DNA from: a virus
Taxonomy: Duplodnaviria > Caudoviricetes
Virus record (IMG/VR): IMGVR_UViG_3300035182_001152
Length of the DNA stretch: 64,000 bases
Strand: one strand, 5' to 3'
Shown: positions 1 through 8,690 of the stretch, one piece after another
Numbering within the stretch: position 1 is the first letter of the stretch
How the letters are laid out: each line of letters begins with the position of its first letter
Notes under the pieces: generated by a model
Databases searched by the model: none
The model's input: the letters and a program-made list of their open reading frames with translations, nothing else
What the model was told of the DNA's origin: nothing
Position numbers and translations under genes: made by a program

Positions 1-1
1 C

Positions 2-517
2 GCAGCGATTGTTGCAAACATCACCGCAATCGCTGAATCTACGGGCGCTACTGTTGATTTCTTGCACGAAAGCGTGACCCACTTACTAGCAAACATTGCA
101 ACTGCAGCTCATGATGGCAAGCCAATCCGTCTCATGCACCTGAACTCCATCGCCGCATTCATGGCCGGCGTTGACGCGATTACACAGGCACTGCCAAATT
201 CTCAGGATCCAACCAAGAAACAAAACACAATTCGCGCTCTGTCTGTTGCAGGTATTGCCAGTGATGGTATGATCAACGATGCGACGTTCCCGATCATCGA
301 AGTTGGCGCTCGACGCGAGGATCTCAAGAGCAAGTACGTCCAAATGCTAAAGGATTACGTACTATCCCGTGAGAAGGGAAATCCGCAAGGAACAATTGTG
401 GCTAGTGCAGCACGCAAGCTCCAAATGGCAGTAGACCGTGCAATGCGATCCATAGCTAAGCCACGTTCATTCGCAAACGCCGGGCCCGGAGCTGCAACCG
501 GAGGCGTTCCCACTTGA
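2..517 (+). CDS. Hypothetical protein, 5' end truncated by window edge
   Basis: Frame of ORF 62..517 is open back to position 2 (AAIVANITAIAESTGATVDFLHES...); followed by a terminator hairpin. Confidence 0.65.
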   Translation, partial: AAIVANITAIAESTGATVDFLHESVTHLLANIATAAHDGKPIRLMHLNSIAAFMAGVDAITQALPNSQDPTKKQNTIRALSVAGIASDGMINDATFPIIEVGARREDLKSKYVQMLKDYVLSREKGNPQGTIVASAARKLQMAVDRAMRSIAKPRSFANAGPGAATGGVPT

Positions 518-543
518 CGTTTTACCCGAACTATAGCAGAATC

Positions 544-573
544 GAAGGGGTCAATGTTGACCCCTTCCTTTTT
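544..573 (+). terminator. Rho-independent terminator
   Basis: GAAGGGGTCA-ATGT-TGACCCCTTC stem-loop followed by CTTTTT. Confidence 0.7.
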
Positions 574-614
574 AGTTGATATGATTCATCTCAACATGTC
601 CACGCGGGTAAATT

Positions 615-806
615 ATGGCTGACGTTCTGTTGCGCTTCAGTGTCGCTAACCTCATCGTCAACCAAGTCATTGACTCTGGCCTGGCTCCAGCAGACAAGAT
701 GAAAACGTTGGCTGATCTTGAGCTCAACATCACGTTGATGCACAAGCTAGGCCTTACGTCCCTGAAACCCGTTGTGGAGATGACCGCTGATGACCTCGTA
801 TACTGA
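615..806 (+). CDS. Small hypothetical protein (63 aa)
   Basis: ATG start, fits between terminator and next gene, codon usage like its neighbours. Confidence 0.55.
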   Translation: MADVLLRFSVANLIVNQVIDSGLAPADKMKTLADLELNITLMHKLGLTSLKPVVEMTADDLVY

Positions 807-817
807 AAAGGAGCTCC

Positions 818-1465
818 ATGTCCTCGCTCAACAATCACTTCACAGACGCCGATCTGCAAACCGTCCAAGACGGTATCAATACCTTCATCCGCCTGACCGG
901 GCTGATCTACGATCCCAGCCCCCTCGTCTGGAACCGCTGGTTCACCGATGAAAGCGACCTCAAGGCGGCACTCCGATCAGTCCGTGATGCGTTCGTCAAC
1001 AGCAAGCGAATGTTGGGCAAACGGAAGTACCGGGGGGTCGACTTCAACCACGTCAAGGAGATCAAGAAGGACCTGACGACCTTCTTGACGTCGGGCAAGG
1101 ACGCCGGTGAAACTGCTCACCTGAGGAAATGCAACCTGCCGATGTACTACTTGGTGATTGATCCAGTGATCGATCTGTTCGGCAACTTCGATCACGAAGA
1201 ATCGATCTTGTTCGCACCTGAGATCATCGATGGCATCTGCAAGATGGTCGACGACTGCACGAACTACGGGACGTACGAGCAAGCGATCGAAGCGCAACTC
1301 CAGGTGCGAAAGCTGATGGCAGCCCGTGAGGAAACCAAGAAGCAGGAACAACTGTCCAAGCGCAAGAAGAAGCCCAAGGCACAAGATCCGTTCCTCGCCC
1401 TTCTTGCATCAGTCGCTGCAGAAGTTGATGACGACCTGGAAGAGGACGAGCAAGACGAACTGTAA
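818..1465 (+). CDS. Hypothetical protein with acidic C-terminus
   Basis: AAGGAG SD before ATG; 215 aa; followed by terminator. Confidence 0.75.
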   Translation: MSSLNNHFTDADLQTVQDGINTFIRLTGLIYDPSPLVWNRWFTDESDLKAALRSVRDAFVNSKRMLGKRKYRGVDFNHVKEIKKDLTTFLTSGKDAGETAHLRKCNLPMYYLVIDPVIDLFGNFDHEESILFAPEIIDGICKMVDDCTNYGTYEQAIEAQLQVRKLMAAREETKKQEQLSKRKKKPKAQDPFLALLASVAAEVDDDLEEDEQDEL

Positions 1466-1485
1466 GCGGCAACACCGCTTAAAAG

Positions 1486-1510
1486 AAGGCTACCCAAGGG
1501 TAGCCTTTTT
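1486..1510 (+). terminator. Rho-independent terminator, possibly bidirectional
   Basis: AAGGCTACCC-AA-GGGTAGCCTT with T-tract after and A-tract before. Confidence 0.7.
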
Positions 1511-1522
1511 CGTTTCCGGCCG

Positions 1523-1529
1523 ATAAATA
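1523..1529 (+). promoter_or_regulatory. T4-like late promoter (ATAAATA)
   Basis: GATAAATA 22 nt upstream of neck gene; motif recurs before most structural genes. Confidence 0.7.
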
Positions 1530-1551
1530 CACTCATACACCGAGGAACTGT

Positions 1552-4497
1552 ATGAGTACATTTGACATTATCACTGACGCCCCAGGCCTTCTGCGCACAG
1601 AAGCGATTAACATCACGCTGAAGTTTGATCGTACAGGTCCAACAACTGGTCGTATCAGCTGGAATATCCCTACTCCCGCTGCTGGTTGCACAGCAGACAC
1701 TCAGGCGTATTGTGGTATGGTCGTCACAGTTGACACGACACCAGCAACGTCAGGAGCGCTGCCAACTAACGGCCAGGTGTACAGCTCTGACGCTTCCGTA
1801 GATGCCAACTTGTTTGCAGGTGACAAGCTCGGGACAGCAATGATTGTTGGTGCATTCTACCAAGATCGCACAACAACGTTTGTTGACGTTACCGGGTTGA
1901 TGGCAAACACTCCATACTACGTATCAGGTTACCCCGTTGATTGCCAACTGCGTTACATGGTTGAAGGTGTCCACGCATACTCTCAGAACTACACGAACCG
2001 TGGATCTGATGGTACAAACGGCACACAGGTGCTGGTCCTTAACTCATCTGCATCGGCAATGGGCGTGCAACCAACAGATTCAACCGGGCTAAATGTTGGT
2101 CAAGAATACAGCTTCCAAGTTCAAGTTGGGCTAGTTCCGAAGCCAAACCGTCCTGTGGATTCTGTTGAGTGCACAGTTACACCTCACGTGTACACAATTA
2201 CGGTTGACGGCACAGACGGACAGTCGTATAGCGAGCTCGTTGACGCAATTAACAAGCAGTTTGCTCTATTGTCCAATGGCGCCCTGGGTGCGACGCCTCC
2301 AAACACGGGAGCATACTACTGGAATGCACCACACCAGAAGCTATTCCAATGGAACGGTACAACCCACGTTGAACTCCCGGTAATCATCGATCAGACAGCG
2401 CCAAATATCGTTTCTACGAATACCTACTGGCTGAACCCTACAACCGGTGAGCTTTCGATTTGGAACGGCTCAGCGTGGGCAGCTGTGCAAGTGATCACTT
2501 TTGCAACAGACCCAACGAGCCCAATCGCTGACAAAACATACTGGTTCAACGGCATGCAAGCATTCTTGTGGAATGGAACTGCATGGTGTGTTGTGTCAAA
2601 CGTGACACAACCTACGGATCCGTCACTGCCCATCACTCCTCCCGCAGGATCATACTGGTATGACACTGCTGATGGTGCGACGTTTAAGTGGAACAGTACG
2701 CTCGAGATGTGGTCATCTGTTCCCGTAATCCATTACAACCAGGATCCAAACACGTTACCAGTAGGCACGTTCTGGTTGAACGATGTTGCGGGTCTACTAT
2801 ACCAGCTGAACACACCGTCGGTTGGTTGGAATCTGCAACCTAACCTTGCGATTACAGAAACGGAGCCTGCAACCCCAGCCCCAGGCAAGTTCTGGTACAA
2901 TCCAACGACAAAGGTGCTGAAGCAGCGTTCGATGGATAACCTAACGTGGAACATTGAACCTGTTATTGTGTTCTCACTCGATCCAGTGCCACGCTCAGGC
3001 TGTGATTTGTGGTATGACACATCAACAAACCAACTGAAGCTGTACGATGCATTGGCAGAATTGTGGGTGGTTGTGTCTAGTGTATACATGCAAGACACAG
3101 ATCCAACTGCTACTCCTGTCATTGCACAAGGAGCGACATGGTACGACACAGATACAAACGTGTTCTACGTGTACGGTGGTTCGTGTTTTGTCGCTACTCC
3201 GTACATTAGCTGGCCATCTGACCCAACACAACTTGCGCAGGGTGTTGTATGGCACAACATCACAACTGACACACGGTACGTGCGCGGTCCTGCAGCATGG
3301 GCACAAATTACGCCTGTTGTAACAACTAACGATCCAACTAGCCTGCCAACAGGCACGTTTTGGTACACTCCTTCAACGCTCGCACTGAAGTCGTGGAACG
3401 GTGTCACGTGGGTTTCAGTTACATATTCGCTATTGCCCCTGACACCAACAAAGGGCACATTGTGGTTTGACACAACAACCAACCTGCTGAAATCGTGGAA
3501 TGGCTACGCCTGGGTTCTCGCAACGCCTGTTGCGACCGTTGAGCTGGACTGCCACGGCAATATGCTGTTTACAGACACCAATGTTGGAAGTGCTTCATTC
3601 ATTAGCCTCGCAGACATTTCTCTGTTTGGAGCTCTCAATGTAACCAACACAATCCACGATGCAAACCCTGGCACCGATGGCGCATCAAGCACCCCATCAT
3701 ACGCAGAGCTTGGAATCGGAACAGACGGCAGTGATGCAGCTCGTGATGCGATCGCGAATGATATTCGTTACGAACTCGGCTACCCTGTGCAAGACGTTGA
3801 GTTGACGAAAGAGCAAATGGATTACGCAATCAACAAGGCTCTCAGCGAACTGCGTCAGCGTTCCGGTCTCCCATACAAACGTGGCTTCTTCTTCATGGCT
3901 CTCAAGGCAAATGAACAGCGCTACTTCTTGACCAACAAGATCAGCGGCATGAACAAGATTGTTGACGTGATGGGCGTATACCGCTGCACATCAGCGTTTC
4001 TCGCATCAGCTCACGGCGCGGGCGTGTACGGTCAGATTGTCGTTCAACATTTGTACAACATGGGCACGTTTGACTTGCTCAGCTATCACATAATGGCAGA
4101 CTACACAAAGATGATGGAAATCCTGTTTGCTGCACGTGTGACATACACTTGGAACGAGCAAACCCGCGAGATCTGGCTACATCAACGGTACAATCAGGCA
4201 GAACCGATGGTAATGATTGATGCAACTGTGGAACGTACAGAGCAAGACATCATGACCGATCGTTACGCCAAGCCGTGGATTCGTCGATATGCTGCTGGGG
4301 TTGCACGAATCATGCTCGCCGAAATCCGTGGCAAGTTCTCGACGTTGCCTGGTGCAAGTGGTTCCGTCACTCTGAATGCTGCAGAACTGCGTCAGACGGG
4401 TCAAGCAGAAATTGAAGCTTGCTTGGCAGAAATTGACGACTATCTGGTCGATAAGCCAGAAGAGTTTGGCATGGGCACCACATTCACATTCGGTTAA
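1552..4497 (+). CDS. gp13: Neck protein, T4 gp13-like C-terminal domain with long Trp-rich repeat N-terminal extension
   Basis: C-terminal ELGYPVQDVELTKEQMDYAINKALSELRQR...WIRRYAAGVARIMLAEIRGKF matches the gp13 pattern; lies before gp14/gp15/gp18/gp19 homologues. Confidence 0.8.
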   Translation: MSTFDIITDAPGLLRTEAINITLKFDRTGPTTGRISWNIPTPAAGCTADTQAYCGMVVTVDTTPATSGALPTNGQVYSSDASVDANLFAGDKLGTAMIVGAFYQDRTTTFVDVTGLMANTPYYVSGYPVDCQLRYMVEGVHAYSQNYTNRGSDGTNGTQVLVLNSSASAMGVQPTDSTGLNVGQEYSFQVQVGLVPKPNRPVDSVECTVTPHVYTITVDGTDGQSYSELVDAINKQFALLSNGALGATPPNTGAYYWNAPHQKLFQWNGTTHVELPVIIDQTAPNIVSTNTYWLNPTTGELSIWNGSAWAAVQVITFATDPTSPIADKTYWFNGMQAFLWNGTAWCVVSNVTQPTDPSLPITPPAGSYWYDTADGATFKWNSTLEMWSSVPVIHYNQDPNTLPVGTFWLNDVAGLLYQLNTPSVGWNLQPNLAITETEPATPAPGKFWYNPTTKVLKQRSMDNLTWNIEPVIVFSLDPVPRSGCDLWYDTSTNQLKLYDALAELWVVVSSVYMQDTDPTATPVIAQGATWYDTDTNVFYVYGGSCFVATPYISWPSDPTQLAQGVVWHNITTDTRYVRGPAAWAQITPVVTTNDPTSLPTGTFWYTPSTLALKSWNGVTWVSVTYSLLPLTPTKGTLWFDTTTNLLKSWNGYAWVLATPVATVELDCHGNMLFTDTNVGSASFISLADISLFGALNVTNTIHDANPGTDGASSTPSYAELGIGTDGSDAARDAIANDIRYELGYPVQDVELTKEQMDYAINKALSELRQRSGLPYKRGFFFMALKANEQRYFLTNKISGMNKIVDVMGVYRCTSAFLASAHGAGVYGQIVVQHLYNMGTFDLLSYHIMADYTKMMEILFAARVTYTWNEQTREIWLHQRYNQAEPMVMIDATVERTEQDIMTDRYAKPWIRRYAAGVARIMLAEIRGKFSTLPGASGSVTLNAAELRQTGQAEIEACLAEIDDYLVDKPEEFGMGTTFTFG

Positions 4498-4553
4498 ACG
4501 GTGCATTAGTCGTCAGGTTGCCCGAATCTCTCCGGGTTAAAAGTAGCAGACCC

Positions 4554-4560
4554 ATAAATA
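4554..4560 (+). promoter_or_regulatory. Late promoter (ATAAATA)
   Basis: CCCATAAATA upstream of 4599 with AAGGAG SD. Confidence 0.7.
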
Positions 4561-4598
4561 CCAGACATCTCTGAATATGGTCCACAAGGAGCAACCTG

Positions 4599-5999
4599 AT
4601 GACAACGATTACTTCCGAAAACGTCAAGTTCAACGGCACTCTCAGCAACGCTGCTGTGCTGAAGAACGTTGGTAACGTTAAAACCCTGATTCTGACGGAT
4701 ACTCTGAGCGCGGCTGACCGCACACGTTTGGACGCATTCATCGCTCAGTACGGTTCAAACCCACTAGCTGGCCCAACTGCTGGTAAGCAAGTAGTGAACT
4801 TCACCGGTTCACCTACCGGTGCAACCGCAACAGGTCTGTCGAACATCGCTGCGGCAACTGCTGGTACGGCAACGGTCAACATTGGCGGCAACAAGACAGG
4901 TGGTTCTGCCTCCGGTCTTGCTGCTAAGACGGGCACATCTGGCGTCCAAATTGTCAATCTCGCTCGGGGTGTCGTTGGCAGCACAGCTACAGGACTGGCA
5001 AACGACATCACCACATACACAATCTCAATGACGATTGACGGCGTCTCTACGCCTGTCTCCGTTGTTGGATCTGCAGCTCAAACGTTTACGACTCTGATCA
5101 CGGAAATCAACGTTGACCTCGGCGCTGCTGGCTCTGTCGCTCTCGTTGGCGGTGATCTGAAGTTCACGTCCGCAACAACCGGTCTCGCTTCGAAAGTTCG
5201 TTTGAACTCTGGTACTCTACTGCCAGCTCTGACAGCTTACCAAGGCGTATTCCCACCAGCTGATGGTGATAACACAGGTCGCACATACAGCGCTAACTTC
5301 TTGATCGACGGTACAATCAAGAAGACGGCAACATTCGACGGCTCTGCTGGTGTTACATTAACCAACGTGTTAACGGCAATCAACACGGGCCTGGCTGGAG
5401 CAGCAACAGCAGCAATCACAGGTGGTAACATTGTAATCACGTCTGCAACGACTGGCAAGACATCCTCTGTTCGCGTATACGACACCGGCTTCCTGTTCGC
5501 TTTAATGACAGGTTATGTCGGTATCACGTCAACTGACGGTGTTGATCCAACGACATACACAGCCACGATTGTGGTTGACGGTGTGACAAAGTCTGTCTCC
5601 GCAGCAGGTAACACAATGCAAACGTTCACAACGCTGGTTGCTGCTCTGAACACTGCACTTGGTGCGGCAGGTACGGCAGCGATTGCCGGCGGTGCGATCA
5701 CTGTGACATCTGCAACAACCGGCACATCCTCGTCGGTTGCCATCACCGACGGCAACCTGTTCAAGAACGTTGCAGGATTCACCACTATCTCTGACGCAGT
5801 CGCTGGCGCAACTGATCTGGTTGCAGAAATGCAAAAGGCTAAGGTTGGCGGCGCATCCCTATACGACGAGTTCAAGGTAATCTCTGTTGGCCTAAAGCCA
5901 GCTCTACCAGCTGTTCCAGCTGCACTGCCTAAGACCTTGGCCTTCACGTACTGGAATGGTACTGTGTGGAAGTACCTCGTCGACGGCAGCAACGTCTAA
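4599..5999 (+). CDS. Putative virion structural protein with three ~65-aa repeats
   Basis: T/A/G-rich; three modules ending TSATTG-x-x-S-x-V; late promoter; within neck cluster. Confidence 0.75.
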   Translation: MTTITSENVKFNGTLSNAAVLKNVGNVKTLILTDTLSAADRTRLDAFIAQYGSNPLAGPTAGKQVVNFTGSPTGATATGLSNIAAATAGTATVNIGGNKTGGSASGLAAKTGTSGVQIVNLARGVVGSTATGLANDITTYTISMTIDGVSTPVSVVGSAAQTFTTLITEINVDLGAAGSVALVGGDLKFTSATTGLASKVRLNSGTLLPALTAYQGVFPPADGDNTGRTYSANFLIDGTIKKTATFDGSAGVTLTNVLTAINTGLAGAATAAITGGNIVITSATTGKTSSVRVYDTGFLFALMTGYVGITSTDGVDPTTYTATIVVDGVTKSVSAAGNTMQTFTTLVAALNTALGAAGTAAIAGGAITVTSATTGTSSSVAITDGNLFKNVAGFTTISDAVAGATDLVAEMQKAKVGGASLYDEFKVISVGLKPALPAVPAALPKTLAFTYWNGTVWKYLVDGSNV

Positions 6000-6026
6000 T
6001 CGACTACCCAGCGCCCTACGCTGAGT

Positions 6027-6082
6027 CAGGAGAGGGTTCCATAAATGGTCTTCAAAGTGACCATTTATGGAACCCTCTCCTG
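6027..6082. repeat. Perfect 24-bp inverted repeat with 8-nt loop
   Basis: CAGGAGAGGGTTCCATAAATGGTC (6027-6050) / TTCAAAGT / GACCATTTATGGAACCCTCTCCTG (6059-6082). Confidence 0.95.
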
Positions 6083-6260
6083 CCTTCAAGACCTGCAAAG
6101 CGTGTTTTGAACAAAAAAAGCACTCGTAGAGTTTTGCCTTGGTTATGTTCCTAGCAACGTAGCCGTTATCAACATGCATGCCAACAGACTCAAACCAGAT
6201 GCGACCCTTGAAGAGCTCCGAGCTATCGTAACCTACGTAGAACGGGCCACAGCTTCATAA
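6067..6260 (+). pseudogene. Internally deleted, frameshifted HNH homing endonuclease relic
   Basis: MEPSPAFKTCKACFEQKK in one frame; -1 frame gives ALVEFCLGYVPSNVAVINMHANRLKPDATLEELRAIVTYVERATAS*, the C-terminal GYVxxNVxxI...ANxxKxDAT motif of HNH endonucleases. Confidence 0.7.
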
Positions 6261-6263
6261 ATA
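6257..6263 (+). promoter_or_regulatory. Late promoter (ATAAATA)
   Basis: CATAAATA upstream of gp14-like gene, overlapping the relic stop codon. Confidence 0.7.
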
Positions 6264-6282
6264 TTGTCTTTGAGGATTTGAT

Positions 6283-7854
6283 GTGACTACATGCGTACCC
6301 ACCCCTTCCGGCCAATCTTGCCCTCCAGCATCTGACTGGGCGTCGTGCCGTCCGTGGGATCTGACCAAAGAAAGTCGCACAAACTGCTACGCAGACGACC
6401 TGATTCAGTCAGCGTTGAACATCGCTGGCGCACAAGTTAATGTGTACAAACTGCTTGGCGTTCACGAACAGACTCTCCTAGTCGACTTGACGGGTAACGG
6501 AACGCCAATCTCTGGTGGCGATGCCGTTAACTACCCCGCAAAGAACGCATTCACAATTCATGCGCAAGAGTGGCGCTCTCGTCAAGTTGGCTCCGCGGCA
6601 ATTTTGGCTTCTGCATACATTGGCTACGATTTCGGCGTTGTCAAGCTTCCAAACGGCCGTCAGCGTTATGGTGTAGAAGCTTCCGTAAGGCAACTGATCA
6701 CAGCGATTAAAATCAAGCAAAGCGCTGATCCTTTGCGTCGGGTTGCTAAAGTTCGCGTTGAGCGTTCAGAAAACGGTATGGACTGGTACGGCGTCGCCGT
6801 TTTGACACTACCAAACGACGACGCGCTAAACACCCTGTACTTCAAGGCAACCGTACCAAACCGCTACTGGCGTCTGCGTCCTATTGGATTTGTTGGGACC
6901 GACTGCGATAGCTGGGGCGTACAAGCGCTCGAGATGTTCGACTATTCGCTGACAGACATCAGCAACATTCAGGACAAGATCCTGATGGAAAACCGCGATC
7001 GCGCATACCAAACAACGCCTGTAATGCTGAAGGGCTATTACGAACTACTGTCTGTGGCAACTGACTTCTCTCGCTTTGGTCTTGAAATCCCAACGTCAAC
7101 GTACCAAATTCGCGTCAACTTCACCGCATGCGTATCAACACTTGGTCGCCCAATCGTGATTGGCGACATTGTCGAACTACCAAGTGAAACGCAATACACT
7201 CCAGACCTGCGTCCTATCAAGCGCTGGTTGGAAGTGACGGATGTTACGTGGGACTCATCGTCGTACACACCAGGCTGGCAGCCAACAATGTTGATGATTA
7301 CAACACAACCAGCACTCGCTACAGAAGAAACGCAAGACATTTTCGGCGATCTTGCTAAGAATGTTGATTCTTCTGGTTTGTTCAACAACGATGATGGCAA
7401 CAACCAGATGTACCAAGATTTCTCAACTGTCTCTCAGACGATTGAGCAAGAATCTAAGACGCAAGTCCCAGAGCGTGGTAGTGAAGGTTCTAACGTCGTC
7501 CGTGAATTTACACCAACAGAGTTGACAAATGCAGCAAACACGGGTGCTCCTCATTTGAACCACTTGGGATTCAACCGCACGGGACTGTATGTAGAGGATG
7601 CAATTCCTCAGAACGACGCCCCGTACACAGAAGGTCCAACTTATCCAGACACCCCCAAAGATGGCGACTACCACCGCATGACATATGTGGGATTGGCGGG
7701 AAACATTCCTGCTCAGCTATACCGCTGGTCTACACTAAAAGGACGCTGGATATATCTGGAAACAGACTTGCGTGAACAGTACAACGATCAAAAGCCACGC
7801 TTAACAGAATACACAACTAGCGCCTACAAGAAGTGGGCCGGGGAGATCAAATAA
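6283..7854 (+). CDS. gp14: Neck protein, T4 gp14-like, with inserted beta-sandwich (discoidin-like) region
   Basis: DDLIQSALNIAGAQVNVYKL and SRFGLEI...LGRPIVIGDIVELP resemble gp14; RYWRLRP...WGVQALEM resembles the F5/8-type C-end; gene order. Confidence 0.7.
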   Translation: MTTCVPTPSGQSCPPASDWASCRPWDLTKESRTNCYADDLIQSALNIAGAQVNVYKLLGVHEQTLLVDLTGNGTPISGGDAVNYPAKNAFTIHAQEWRSRQVGSAAILASAYIGYDFGVVKLPNGRQRYGVEASVRQLITAIKIKQSADPLRRVAKVRVERSENGMDWYGVAVLTLPNDDALNTLYFKATVPNRYWRLRPIGFVGTDCDSWGVQALEMFDYSLTDISNIQDKILMENRDRAYQTTPVMLKGYYELLSVATDFSRFGLEIPTSTYQIRVNFTACVSTLGRPIVIGDIVELPSETQYTPDLRPIKRWLEVTDVTWDSSSYTPGWQPTMLMITTQPALATEETQDIFGDLAKNVDSSGLFNNDDGNNQMYQDFSTVSQTIEQESKTQVPERGSEGSNVVREFTPTELTNAANTGAPHLNHLGFNRTGLYVEDAIPQNDAPYTEGPTYPDTPKDGDYHRMTYVGLAGNIPAQLYRWSTLKGRWIYLETDLREQYNDQKPRLTEYTTSAYKKWAGEIK

Positions 7855-8621
7855 TGTCATTCGCACGAGATGGTTACTACTACAACCAGCAACTGAAGAC
7901 TTACATTCTTCAGTTCATGGCAATCTTTACGGACCTTCAGGTGCAAATCGGCAAGTGGAATACTGAGGACGAACGCCTGATTAGTGTTCCAATTCACTAC
8001 GGCTCACAAGACCGCGTAGTTGCGTCGATCCTCGCTGAGAATACACAGAACAAGCCACTGCGTCTGCCTGCCATGAGCGCCTATCTGCGCAATATGACAT
8101 ACAACCCAGCCCGCGCAGTTGGCACCGGCTTTGAGCGCCGACAGTCGTACGTTCCTGTCGGTGGTCTTGTCCCCAATGACATTAACGTTGTGTATCAACG
8201 CCGCCCTGTTCCATACGAGATCGATATGGATCTGTCAATTTACGCCAGTAACACAGACCAACTGTTTCAGATTTTCGAACAGATCCTGCCAATCTTTGAT
8301 CCGATCCTCCAGATCCAAGTGACGGACTCTCTGTTTGACATGAAGAAGATCACCACTGTTGAGTTGACGGGTATTCAAGTTGAAACCAACTACCCAATCT
8401 CAACGGACCGTCGAATCATCCAGTCAACGCTGTCATTCAAACTACCAATTTTCATCGATACCCCCGCAGAAGTGCGCAAAAACTACGTCAACAAGATTTT
8501 CATGCGCGTTGGTGCTGTTAGCACGGACTCAACAGATGAGTTCGATATCATTGGCGACCTCAATTCGCAGGGTATTGCATACGAGTTGATCCAGGATGGC
8601 TCCAGCGTATCCCTCGGCTGA
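7854..8621 (+). CDS. gp15: Tail sheath stabiliser/terminator, T4 gp15-like
   Basis: YYYNQQLKTYILQFMAIF, VPIHYGSQD, PVPYEIDMDLSIYASNTDQLFQIFEQILPIFDP; ATG overlaps previous TAA (start 7854 rather than 7833). Confidence 0.85.
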   Translation: MSFARDGYYYNQQLKTYILQFMAIFTDLQVQIGKWNTEDERLISVPIHYGSQDRVVASILAENTQNKPLRLPAMSAYLRNMTYNPARAVGTGFERRQSYVPVGGLVPNDINVVYQRRPVPYEIDMDLSIYASNTDQLFQIFEQILPIFDPILQIQVTDSLFDMKKITTVELTGIQVETNYPISTDRRIIQSTLSFKLPIFIDTPAEVRKNYVNKIFMRVGAVSTDSTDEFDIIGDLNSQGIAYELIQDGSSVSLG

Positions 8622-8647
8622 AAATAAAGGTCCAACGGGTCTATTCG

Positions 8648-8654
8648 ATAAATA
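8648..8654 (+). promoter_or_regulatory. Late promoter (ATAAATA)
   Basis: GATAAATA upstream of sheath gene with AGGAG SD. Confidence 0.7.
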
Positions 8655-8690
8655 TCTACAACCATTCATGAATTTGATAGGAGTGTCACA

